Part shown: positions 23,914 to 35,947 of the stretch, in pieces
Numbering within the stretch: the first letter of the stretch is position 1
Layout: the number at the start of each line of letters is the position of its first letter
Assembly: GCA_008632985.1 (NCBI GenBank)
Contig: QPGO01000039.1
Span: 62,001-126,000, forward strand
Length of the DNA stretch: 64,000 bases
Direction of reading: 5' to 3'
DNA from: Psammoneis japonica
Lineage: Eukaryota
Notes under the pieces: generated by a model
Database searches by the model: none
What the model saw: the letters and a program-made list of their open reading frames with translations, nothing else
What the model was told of the DNA's origin: nothing
Made by a program: the position numbers and the translations under genes

Positions 23914-26660
23914 GATGCTGTGTACGGTGTTAACACCCCCTCTTCAGAAGTGAGGTTGATGCGATGCACCGGTGGACCGGTGGAGCAAAAACAACACCAC
24001 AAAGATAAGTCCGTCTGCGCAGTCTGTCAATCAGCGTTTAGTGACGCTCACTAAACAATTTTAATAGCACCCCACATAGTTCGAATTTCTACGTGCAACA
24101 TTCGAGGTTGTTTTCGGCGCGAGAGCTCGCACTCAACAATAACACGTGTTGAAGCACGTCCCGACATTGGCAATGGCAAAAGAGAAAGTTGATACAAGCA
24201 ACGAGATGCTAAATGAAGTCACGCTGTTAATGTATTCATTGAATGTAGTGTATTAATGAGTTTTAGTAGCTACAATCTCTAGACAAGTCGACCGCCAGAT
24301 GAATTCATCATGTTGGTTGCATCTGCCTCGCACTTCGCACGCGGTAGATCACGACAGTCTACTAAATTTTTCCTTAAGATGTGCGCACAACGAGCGCACA
24401 GCAGCGCAATGTCAGCCAGACGACTGTTGTGCATTTTTTGCGATTTGCGCGACAAATTGTCGTCGACGCCGACGATGACGATGACAATTTTCAGACGCTG
24501 ACAGAGGACGACTTTGCAACAGGCACTTGACACATCAATCAATTGTGCTGTGGAGAACACACACATGCAAAGAAAGTCCCCCGGATGAACTCACAATCGT
24601 TCGACAATCGAGTGCATTTTAAACGATCGTCGAAAAACAGAGCTCCTTGTTGGCATGACGTTTTGCTTTCGAACTGAGGTTGCTCCCGGGGACTTTCATG
24701 ACTGAATGCGTTCGTAAACTTGACAAACTGAATGTCTGCAATGACAAAAGACTCTGGGACACGTCGCTGTCATCGCTGTCGTTGCAACAATGCACCACCG
24801 TCACATCGCCTGTTTTTGGCGACGAGGCGCATGGCATGCTGCGCGTTTCTCGTGCAGCAGAAAATCCTGAAAAATCAAATTGTCATGCCTGCACCCCTTT
24901 GTTCTGCGAATGCCTTGATTTGGTTTCCATTTCTTTCCTTGTTGTCTTTTTTTAATCACGGAAATCAGGGGCATGTCAAACAAGGAATTCATCTGTCATG
25001 CGTTTTCACCAAACAATTTCTGTCACCAAATGATTTGCATGGCTGCTGGCGTGTTTGGGGGTTTTGGTGAACACTGGACAGATGCGCAGCAGGCCCCTCT
25101 CAAGTGTGGGGATGGTGCCTGGCATCTTCCAGGTTGATGTTTTGATGTGTGGCACAAATGACCTCAACACCTGCTGTGTGATGAAGCAGCTTGGTTGGGG
25201 GCAGGCCTGTGCCACCTCTGAGTGCCCCTCTTCCTTGCTGCCTTCTTCTGACAAAGTGTGTGCAACAATGTTGTTTTTGCCAAATGGGTTCAAACACTCA
25301 CATCAATGCAGCTTTGTTCACCAGCCATCAAGGAAAGAGGAGCTCTGCATTGGCACAGACAGAGGGTGTGTGCTGGAACTTCTGCAGCCCCATGGCACCT
25401 GGAGATCATCAGAAAATGATGCCCCTTGTGTGCACCACATTTGCCAACAACCCATTTCCTGCCCCCAGCTCATTTGGTCTGATGCTTCCATCTTTCTCAT
25501 GATGAAATTTGTCAGCTGTGCACATGGACAGAATTGGTCAAAACCTTGCAAGGCTCTCAACAATGCATTTCATGGAAGATTCTCTCTTGTTGCTTGTGGC
25601 TGTTGCCCCCCAAGAAAAGCTCCTCTCCACCACACCCCCTGCTGCTGCTCTCTTCCACCCTGGTGTCTTTGTTGGAAACTTTTCTTTCCCAGTGCTCTCT
25701 CCAAACTTCACAGCTGGTGGCTGCATGGTTGCAAACAGCGCATCACAGTGGGTTCTTTCCTGGTGCCCAGCTGCTTTCCACCAGTCTCTTGTGCCAGACA
25801 GCAAGGTCACGCAAAAGATGGCTCCACAAGGATGAAGCTCAGCAGCCGTCAGTGGCTTGTGGTTGCCTGCAACAAAATCTGCTGCACACTGTTCTTGGCA
25901 ATGCAACAGGGCTTGTGTGGCATGGCAAAGCATGCCAGCTGTTGCTTTTTGCTGTGGCAAACAGGATCAAAACTGGCGTTTTGTTGTGCCCCTGCGGCGC
26001 ACTGGCAGGTGGACTTTTTCAGCTGGCACAACTGAAGGAGACGTCCCCAGCCACCCCAACATGGCACACCAGCCACTGCAGGCCCCACCGGTGGATGATG
26101 CAAGAGTTGCAGTGCAGTGGACCCGTCTCTGTCATGCAGATAGCAGAGAGTGTTACAATCTTTGAAGACGTGCCCAAAAAAGCATTGGCAATGCACCAAG
26201 CACTCTCTCATGAGGCAGTTTAGGGGATGTCTCCAGCCAACACAATTTTTATGTGCAAAAGAGTTGTTGAGGCGTCTCTTGCTGCCATGTCATTGGTTGA
26301 ACAATGTCATGGTGGAAAACACAAAGTGCAAGGTCCTTGCCCCCCCCCCCCCCCCCCGCCTCAGAACTCATGAGTGTGTCGATGCTGAAATCACCATGCA
26401 TCACGCACAAACTCCGGACACTCAAACTTCCAAAGCTGATCAAACTTTTAAATCTGCTCCCTCTCTCACAGTCACTGACTCACAAATGAAACTTTGACAC
26501 ATCATCATCACTTGATCAGGGTGGTCAGTTAAAACAAAAGAATGTCCTGCTGCACAACGCATCATGTGTGCATGCCAATGTGCACAGCACGCACCCACCA
26601 GGGCACCATCCATGTCCTAAAAAGTGCCGAGCATGTTGAGCAATTGACAAATGGACAGAG

Positions 26661-26780
26661 AATTGAAATCACTTGCATGCAAGTCATTTCAACTGCAAGT
26701 TGGGTGTGAGTGTTTTCCAACATTTAAAAGCTGAAACAATTCAAAATGACCCCTTCAGAATTCTCTTCTTGTTCTCATCT
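26661..26780 (+). repeat. Dispersed ~100-bp motif, copy 2 (eroded)
   Basis: aattgaaatc...aagtcatttcaa...gtgttttccaacatttaaaag...aattcaaaatgacccct...ttctcttct. Confidence 0.7.
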
Positions 26781-28467
26781 CTCAAAGATGCACGTGTTCA
26801 GTGTGAAACTGACTGGCATGGGTGCTGTGAGCAGTTTGGAGAATTGACAAAGCTTCCGTTGGTGGTTGTTGCTGAAGCATGCAGAATTTGTGCTGAAGTC
26901 CATGCAAAAAAATTCTTGAAAAAGAAGAACAAGCATGCAAACCACAAAGAGTCAACACCAATCATGCTCCACTTAGAAACATTGCTTGACATGCTGAAAA
27001 AGGGTGTGCCATTGGTTGAAATGGCCTGAATGGTCTTGGCAGACCTGGCAGAGCACCAACAGAGAATGGCGACATCAGTGGCATGAGAGCATGAACAGAA
27101 ACACACACAGGAGCTGCTGCACAAGTGGGCAGCTGATGTCAAAAAGTGTTCTTGCTAGACAAGTTGTTCAGCAATGAGAGCACACAAACATTTCTCACAT
27201 GGTCCAAGCAGTGCAGTGGAAATCAAGTTGTCATTGGGAAATGACTTGTGGTGTGTGTTGTGTGCACATGTGCTGGGAGATGTGTTGCATCAATTTGTGA
27301 GGTTTTGCATGCTGGTTTGACCATTGCATTGTGTGTGTTGCTGCTGAGCCAACTTGGTTGTTTGGTCAACAATTGCATGTGACCTGTGTTCGCTCACTCA
27401 GCACACACCTTGCTTGTTTGAACATCATGTGCTTGGCTGCAGTCGTTCGTTGATGGCTGGCACAGTGTCATGATCAACAGGTTGTGTGCTGTCCAGCAAT
27501 CTTTGTGTTGGAGTCTGCACTTGTGAGGAAAGGTGGAAGTGGCATGATCAGTTGCAACTTCATTTTCACCGTGGCTTTGGCTCCAGAGGGTGGAGGAGTC
27601 AAGGTTTTGATGCTCTTGGTTGAGCCAAGGTTCGCTCTTGAGGCTGTTCCAGGTTGTTGCGCCAGCATTGAGGGTCTTGAAGAGGTTTGCTGGGTTCATC
27701 AAAACTGGCGCATGTCCAGTCATGCAGGCAGCTCCGAGTTTAGACTAATGAAAAAAAGAAGAGGAAAAGGAGGAGGGGAAGGAGAGAGCAACATGTTCAA
27801 TGTGCACACATGACGCCCAGACGATCAGTGCTTCTGACGTGCACAGCGCAGTCATCTGCTCTCCAGCTGGCCAGCTGGTCACGGCTCTCCACTCCAGAGC
27901 AAACACTCTAAAGAACAACAACACTGCATGATCCATCTAAATGCATTGTCCACTGGTTCGTTGCTCACAGAAATGCAGAAAAAGCACACACCCACAGCTG
28001 ACTAACTCCACAGTCAACACACAACAGCACACTCCCCAAACATTTTTTCATCACTTTTCTGCAACCAGCTCCACATTGTTCCATCCATTCCCTCTCTAGA
28101 GACCTGACTAGATGCGGAAAGTTCCAGGATCTGATTTCCCCATGTGAGTGAGGAACATCAAAAGACATCTGTCATTTAGAATGTGGGCCTGGAAATGCCA
28201 CTGCAAGCTTTGGCAGCAAACGACATTCACGCTGGAAAATGACGGGCAAAACAAAAATGTGAGTGGAACAACGTGCACAATGACATGGGATCACATGACA
28301 CAGCACACTCACCAGGGCACCTTTTGGAGGTGGAGTTGAGTCACCTCACCAATTTTTGTGCCCCCATGTGCCGTCAGCGGCTCGTGGCGTCCGTGCATTC
28401 AAGAGGAGGCGATGAGCCCACCAACACAAGCCTCAACCTCTCCCCATTTTGCCCTGTGCAAAGCCTG

Positions 28468-29180
28468 GACTCGTTGGTCACTGCCAAGATCTCCCAAAAT
28501 AATGTGGGTGACATTGTGTCTTAGATGATGAAGAGAGTCGATTGCAGAATAGGAAAAAAGGCTCGTCACAGACCAGATGCCTGCACGCATGAACGAGACG
28601 CACAAAAAAAGGCTCGTGAGGTGTGCAAGTTTCGTCAAAACGAGTCCAACCATCAAACAATTCGAACATGCTCACAGGATCACCTTTTTTGGACTGTGAT
28701 GAGACTGTCTGACAATTGCCAACGTCACAAGTGTCCTCCAGGCTCCATCGCATCATTTTGTTCTAACAGCACGCACTTTCCAAAAATTGTGACGGCTGAA
28801 TGCACGACATGCCATGATTGTGTGACTCGTTGGTCGCTGCCAAGATCTCCCAAAACATCATGGGTGACATTGTGTCTTAGATGATGAAGAGAATCGATTG
28901 CAGAACAGGAAAAAAGGCTCGTCATAGACCAGATGCCTGCACGCATGAACGAGACGCACAAAAAAAGGCTCGTGAGGTGTGCAAGTTTCATCAAAACGAG
29001 TCCAACAATCAAACAATTCAAACATGCTCACAGGATCACCTTTTTTGGACTGTGATGAGACTGTCTGACAATTGCCAACATCGCAAGTGTCCTCCAGGCT
29101 CCATCGTGTCGTTTTGTTCTAACAGCGCGCGCTTTCCAAAAATTGTGACGGCTGAATGCACGACATGCCGTGATTGTGTG
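28468..29180 (+). repeat. Tandem duplication, 2 x ~356 bp
   Basis: Units start gactcgttggtc(a/g)ctgccaagatctccc at about 28468 and 28824; duplicated ORFs at 28525 and 28881. Confidence 0.95.
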
Positions 29181-29981
29181 CCGACCAAGCCCCCAAGAAG
29201 GATGTCAAGCACGTCACAAATCCACATTAATGCACACAAAGGGTGCACCAAAGGATGCAGAGTGGGGTGAAGCATGAAGATCCCAAACGGATGCGCTTTG
29301 GCTGCACCAACGACTTGAAAAACATGCCAACATCACAGATGTCTTAATCGACCGCATGAGACGATCAATCCACCTTGCAAGCTGCAACAAAAAACAACAA
29401 TGATCTTCGGCAAACAGGGAAACAAAATAAAATGAGAAAACGCACAAAGAGCTTGCCTTGGCAACGTTGTCGACCATTCAGATGCAACCCGCAGCGCACA
29501 GTGATCGAGGCACGAGTGAGTCGTCGAGTCGATGCACACAACCGTTTGCACCGTGTGTTGCAACCAAAGCCCCCCAGGAAGCCAAGCCAACATGTCAACC
29601 TCTTTGCAACAGCAACAGAAAGAGATCACACATGCAAAATGCATCTGCCCCACGATGTTTGCCATGCCGAGACACATCAAAGTGCAATGTGCATGGCCGT
29701 TTCTTGTGGTGCAATGTGCCAAATCGGGATCATTTGAGTGGAATGAAGGAAATGAAGAGGATTCCCCGTCAGGCGTCCTTGTCAAATTTCTGCCAAACTG
29801 GACCGTTGCTTTCCACTTGTCCTTGTCAAAATGGAGTTGCGTCCTCATCAAATTCTGCACAAGTTCCAGTGCATTTCCCAGTGCAGTGACACCAAAACAC
29901 AAAACACAGCAAAGAAGAGTGCAACAACCAAGCTTGTGCAGCCTCTCCTTTCGTCCCCACTGCACCTCCAAACACCAAAAG

Positions 29982-31372
29982 ATGGAAGAACACCGCAAGT
30001 GCCAGCATTGTTTGAAAGATTTCGATTCGGACAACATGGCGGCAAATGCTCCTGTCTGTGGTTTGGAATGTCCCCACATGCTCTGCCAACTGTGTGTGAT
30101 GAACCTGTGTGTCAGCACCAAACAATCAAGTGACAGCAATGCCAAGAGCATCAAGTGTCCCTTTTGCAACAAGCCCAAATCATTCTGCATCAATCGAGGG
30201 GCCAATGTCTCGTTTTCTGCAGTGTGCCAAAGGCGTGGGAAGACTGTTGAAAGGAATTGTCCATTTGCCAAGAACGCCTGGCCAAGCGACAAAGACCCGA
30301 AGACACTGGTGGCGATGGGTTGGAAGATTTGACGACAAGCTCAGTGCAGGCTGCAAGGGGAGGAGAAGCTGGGGCCGAAACAGAAAACCAAAAAGCCCCA
30401 GAGAGCACCAGCAACGAGCAAGAAGAAATGGAGGATCAAAAGCCAGCAGCAGTGGACACTGCTGCGGCTGCTGACCAAGATGCCCAAGGCGAAAATGGGG
30501 CAGAAGAAAACGGAATTGTGGCTGCAGCTGAAGTGGGAAATGTGGAAAATGCTCCTCCCTTCAACATGGACACCAGCCAACCAGCGTCCAGCAGTGAGGC
30601 AAATGCTCCCAAAAATGGAGCTGCAGCTGAAGTGGAAAACACTGGGGATGTTGCTGCTTCCAATCCCGCCCACCCTTCTTCCAATGAAGCAAACAACCCC
30701 ATTGAAGCTGTTGCCAGTGCAGCTGCAGGTGGTGCTTCCAATCCCAGTCAACAGGAAATTCCAAGCGTCTCCAATCAAAACAGTGCCGCAGCTCATTCTG
30801 TCCAATCTGAGGAGGAACAAGAGGCCTTTCTCCAGGTTGCCATTGCCAATTCCTTGGGAATCCAACAGCAACAAGCTGCTTGTCCAGCCCAGCAACACGA
30901 ACAGAACAGCAACAACAGCGAGGAAGAGGAGGGCGACCGAAAACCTGCAGCAGTGAACAGAGACACCCAAAATGCTCAAGCAGCTGCTGCAGCAAGTGGG
31001 TCTGGGGACACAGAGCACAATCAAATTCAGAACGCAAATGTTTCTGTTCCCAGTGTGGCTCAAATGCCAGATCCAGAGGAGGACACCAATGACAACAAGC
31101 CACCCACTGAAGGAGAGCAAGCCCTGCTTCAGGTGGCCATTGCCAGCTCTCCAGGTGCTCCGGTTGGTGAGGGTGCCAATGAGGACACGATTGCCTTCCA
31201 ACAAGCAACTGCGCTGTCTGCAGGTGTCACTCTGCCAAAAGAACAGCCCTCCATCTATGCCGCTGGGGCTGGCTTGGAGCAGGATCCCCTCCTGATCCAG
31301 GATGACGAGGAGGAACAGACAGAGACAATGCAATTGCAGCAGGTGATTGCGCTGAGTTTGCAGAGCCGTTGA
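29982..31372 (+). pseudogene. RING finger plus four UIM-like motifs (putative E3 ligase), disrupted
   Basis: CQHC...CPHMLCQLC...CPFC; acidic linker; EEEQEAFLQVAIANS, EQALLQVAIASS, AFQQATALS, MQLQQVIALSLQ; frame change and TGA near 30190-30250. Confidence 0.7.
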
Positions 31373-33095
31373 TTTCATGTGATGCATGGGAATTTGGTTG
31401 CAGCATCACCGGGAAGAATCACATGAGACTTGTGGGAAGCACAGGGTTCTGGACTGAAGCAATGTGGGGGGACCTCATCAGTGTGCTGTCAGCAAGCCAA
31501 AAATCCCACAAATGTGACTTGCATTTGTGGCTGTCGATGCACATGGTTGCAGCAATGACTCCACTGCACTGTTGGCACTTTTTTTTGTTCAATCATGTTG
31601 TTCATCCAAGGAAGCATCCGCAACTCAATGAGCACCAACCCGCAGGCAAGATGGTGATGAGATGCCATTTCATCAGTCTGAGATGTTCCCTGCCAGCTAG
31701 TTCGTTAGAACACAAGCTTGCAATCTTCCTCCTTTTTCTTGAATCATTGGAAATCCACCTTAAAAACACCCGTGACAATTGGTGGTTTACAAAACTTGAC
31801 AAAGATCCAGGGACACTTTTGGCAGGAGGTTTTCACCTTGATAAAGTGCAGGGCACCCAGCAAGGACACGTGTCCCTCTGTGGGAGATCAGGTCATCGTG
31901 TGTGTTGCCTTTAAGCTGGAAAGATGGCCTGGTCCCAACTGCACTTAAATGTCACGATGCATCCAACCCACCAGAGTTTGGGTGTGCTTGGAGGGCTCTG
32001 TGACTTTGGTGGGAGGGCAAAACAAGGAATCCTCTTGTTCTTATTCCACCAAGAGAATGGCACAACAATTGGAGCAGCAGGACATGTTGCTGCAATGCTG
32101 TTGTTCCAGTGTGCGCACATCTCTTTGGTGGGTGTCACCACAAGCACTGTCCATGGTGTGATCGGTTGCCTGTCTTTCAAGTTTCATGCCATGCAATCCC
32201 ACCACCTTTGCCAAACATGACTCACTCTTCAGGGAGAGCACTGAGGGCCCAATGGATTTAAACAACTGTGACACTCTGGCAGCATTCTGGGCACATGTCT
32301 CATGTCTCACTGGGTTGCATCATAAAAAAAATTCTCACTCCACATGTGTCCTCCATGACCACATGACCACCTTCCATCATCAATCAATGAAGAGAAAATG
32401 TTTCCATCATCAACTGACAGACAGAGAGAAAAAGACACTGGATGACTGATGGCAGCACAGTGCAAGCAATGCACAAGCATCCACTCACAACTTCTAAAGC
32501 AACAAGAGAGAGGCTGTCTTGTCTCAATTCTCAAGAATCCATGAAGTGATGTGTTTTCTTTTCCCTCACTCTTCAGAGATGCCATCTCCTCCCACTGCAC
32601 TTGCATCCAACACACAGCTCAACATGCACAGTGCAGCAATGTTCATGATGATGATGCTGGAGCAGTTCTTCAAGGAGAAGCAGAGCGGGATGGATGTGTG
32701 GCACCAAGTTGAGGAAAAAGCTGGATGCAGTGTCAAGGATGGTGGCCTTGTCACTCAAGTGCAGCTGTTGTGGGGATGAGTGCTTTGTGCTGGGTTGCAT
32801 TCAAAGAGGTGCAGATGTGCTGCTGGGAGTGCTGCCAGTGACATGCTGGGAGAGCTGACTTTGGGCACTGCTTTGCTTGGCTCCTCTGCAAATGAGGCAT
32901 GTCACGCAGCTTGATGAGCACTCAATGAATGACCCTGAGAAGTTGGTTCTTGTCCAACCCAAATTGAGTGCATGAATGCAATTTAGTGAGCAACCCTGGT
33001 GGCAGCAGCAAAGCTCTGCCACAGCAATGCATTGCATGCCCAAGTCACCATGCCTTTTAAATGCTGAGCATGCCCAGCAATCAACAGATGTGGTG

Positions 33096-33205
33096 AACTG
33101 AAAGCACATGAGTGAAAGTCATTTCAATGACAAGCATGTTTTCAAACATTTGAAAAGCAAAAGAATTCAAAATGACCTCTTTGGATTTCTCTTCTCATTC
33201 TCTCG
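33096..33205 (+). repeat. Dispersed ~100-bp motif, copy 3 (eroded)
   Basis: aactgaaagcacatgagtgaaagtcatttcaa...gttttcaaacatttgaaaag...gaattcaaaatgacc. Confidence 0.75.
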
Positions 33206-34399
33206 CACTTTGAGCATGAAAAGATGCTGCCTGTTGCATGCTCTTAGAATGCTCCAAGAGATTCTGCCAGAGAGGAGCAAAATTGAAGCATCGCAAAAGT
33301 GTGACACCTTCCAGCCAAACCTCTTGGATGTCTTGGAACCATTCATGCAACACAAGACTGTGGTTCAGAACAAAAAAAAATGGAAACTCCAATGTCCAAG
33401 CTGTTGATTTGCTGTGCCTTGTTTGATGGCAGTCTCAATGTGATGATGATGACTCAAGCTTCTTGGCAAACAACAATGAACCGCAGAATGGCTTGGTTCA
33501 TTTTTTCTTGGTTTCATGATTCCCTCTTTCACATTGGCCATTGTGCACTCATGCTGTGCATGAAACAAACATTTTGTCACTTGCACCCCACTGCCATGCA
33601 TGTCATGTTTAAAGCACTGGAGTGGATGAACTTCACAGACAAGCCAGCAGTCACGACAAGTTGTCTTGGCATGTTGGTCTTACAGGAGTTTGACTCTGTG
33701 GTTGTGATGGAAAGAAGATTCCCAAGGAATGTGCAGAGAATGCTTTTGCTTTCACTGGGCATGGAAGGGTTGGTGGCGGGTTGCTTTCTCAGACCGTGCT
33801 GGCACTCTGAAGTCATGCCACTGATGGCAGACAAGCTGCAAAACAATTTTGTGAACATGTTTTGAATGTTTGCACAGTGAACAGCAACAAGGACATGACG
33901 ATGCTTTGTTGTGACTCAAATGTGCAGCGTCGCATTGTCCGGATTCTGCACCTGCTCCTGTGTTGCTCCATGTGCAGGCATCGCACTTTCTCTTTCCTGT
34001 TTTTGCCTTGCTTCTTGCTCGAAGAACCTCTTTTGTCTGCTGGTGCCAAGCTTTGCATCCATTCTTCTGGGGGTGCAGTCAAACAGCTTGACAAAAGCCC
34101 ATCTCAGACTGCCTGCGATTGGTTTCTTGAGCAAGCAAAACAAATCTTTGCCCATGGCGCCATCATGCGCTGCACTCTGCAACTCAACCGTGGCTGCTGA
34201 CTCCTCATGAATCAGGCATGACAGCTTTGAGATGGCACTGGAGCTGAGTCTTGAGGAGCTCTGCACAGGTCAGACATTTGCTCATGAGCTTGACTTGAGC
34301 AGAGTGGAGGAACGGGGGTCATTGTCAGAATTGTTGGCCTTGACATTTTCCAGCTCGCTCAGGCAGATGCCACGATAATTTTTGAATAACGCGGGGATA

Positions 34400-34490
34400 C
34401 AAAGTAATTTCAACCATTAAGTGTTTTCAAACATTTAAGACTGAAAGAATTCGAAATGACCCCCTTCTGAGTTCTCTTCTCGTTCTCTCG
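34400..34490 (+). repeat. Dispersed ~100-bp motif, copy 4, at the repeat/gene boundary
   Basis: aaagtaatttcaa...gtgttttcaaacatttaagactgaaagaattcgaaatgacccc...ttctcttctcgttctc. Confidence 0.75.
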
Positions 34491-34533
34491 TTTTTTGCAA
34501 AACCATCAACCAGCAAAGCTAACCAAAATCAAA

Positions 34534-35947
34534 ATGAAGCTTGGACTGCCTATCTTATTCTTATTCTTGGTTAGTGCATGTGGCAATGGCGAGCAAGGTA
34601 TGTATAATACATTGATGTGCATTGATTGTTTCTTTTAACAATGTTCCATCATTGTTGGTGGGTGGGAGCTCCCGCACCGTAATCGGCACACATTTTACAC
34701 ATTGTAGGGTTCGCATTTCCGATGCACCGAGTGCTTGCCTGTTTTCTCAACTCGCTCTTTCCACATGCTTTCTATGTTTCGAAGAAAAACAAGGATACAT
34801 CCTTCTAAACATAGAAGCTTGCAACAGGTATTGTGCATTTGAAGCATGGGAAGTAGAGCGAAAGACATGCGATGAAACCTCTGATTGCAAGCGCATGTGC
34901 TCGAGCTTGCAAAACAATGGACTTGTCCTTTGGAACAGACTTGGATCAATGGATGAGCTCCAGAATAGTGAGGTTGGACCTAATGCAGTCGTTGCAGGCT
35001 CCTCTCGTGGCATTACCTTCGTGCCGGGAAAGCACGGGAATGGATTTACTTCCGGACACGGCAAAGCTGGTGTGAGTCTATTGTTTTGACATTCATTGAG
35101 AATTGACTGGACTCGTACATATATGTCGCTGTATCACTCATCACTTTTTCACTTTTAAAAACTCATATTACAGCCCAACTTTGGCTTGTGGGAAGAGATA
35201 AACCCGAATTTTCACTTGGCTGGCACGGTGGAGTTTTGGTGGAAGCCCGCACGCAATTACGATGAACGCAATTCCCCACCTGACGACATCTTTGTATCCG
35301 GTACATGGCAGAGGGATTGGATTCTCCCCTTCCAGCTACTGTACCGGTGGCGGCGAAGCAGCGGAGGCTTGGGCGGATTTGATTTTCAGGTTACGGCAGA
35401 AGAAGATAACAGAGATCACTACTTATATACCGGTAAAGTGGTGGAATTCCAGGCTGGAGATTGGGTACACGTAGCATTTGTCTGGGATATGAACGGACTG
35501 CCTGTTGAGGGTGGACACCGCTATGGTGTATTTGTAAATGGCCAATACTACCCACTGATTGACGCCGAATTTCCCGGGCGTAACATAGATGTCACAATGA
35601 GAAAATCAGAGGGCGCGTATTTTTCCATGGGATACTATTCGGCTGATTATAATAATCAGCTAAATGGTGTTCTGGACAACGTCAAGATCTGAGATCACGC
35701 AAAGACTAGCTTTGATTTGAGTACAGAACGCAAGCTTACGAGCATTGAACCATGTTATAATTATTGTTCCGATGGGAGCTGGAAAACACACCTCGAGAAG
35801 TGCTTGAAACACTGTGATTGTTATTTTGCAGGCAAGAACAAGAAACGTACCGGTTTTCGTTTAAATTGCAAGAAGCAGTGCCGTAAAGAGAAACAGGCTG
35901 GAACCACTCTTTGTAAGAACATGTGCCGAAAATTGGCAAGTGGTTAG
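34534..35947 (+). CDS. Secreted LamG/concanavalin-like protein with Cys-rich flanks; 3 exons (34534-34597, 34815-35071, 35174-35947); in-frame TGA at 35690-35692
   Basis: Signal peptide MKLGLPILFLFLVSA; GT-AG introns keep frame; GTVEFWWKP, WVHVAFVWD, VFVNG, GVLDNVKI*DHAKT; frame continues 84 codons past the TGA. Confidence 0.75.

Larger units (their letters stand above)
24340..34370. mobile_element. Large TpA-eroded repeat block including a RING-UIM gene remnant
   Basis: TpA nearly absent throughout, CpG variably retained; contains a tandem duplication and two eroded copies of the ~100-bp motif. Confidence 0.65.

Noticed and set aside
28468..29180. Repeats as a CRISPR array
   Set aside because: Two long tandem units, no spacers, no cas genes, eukaryotic context.
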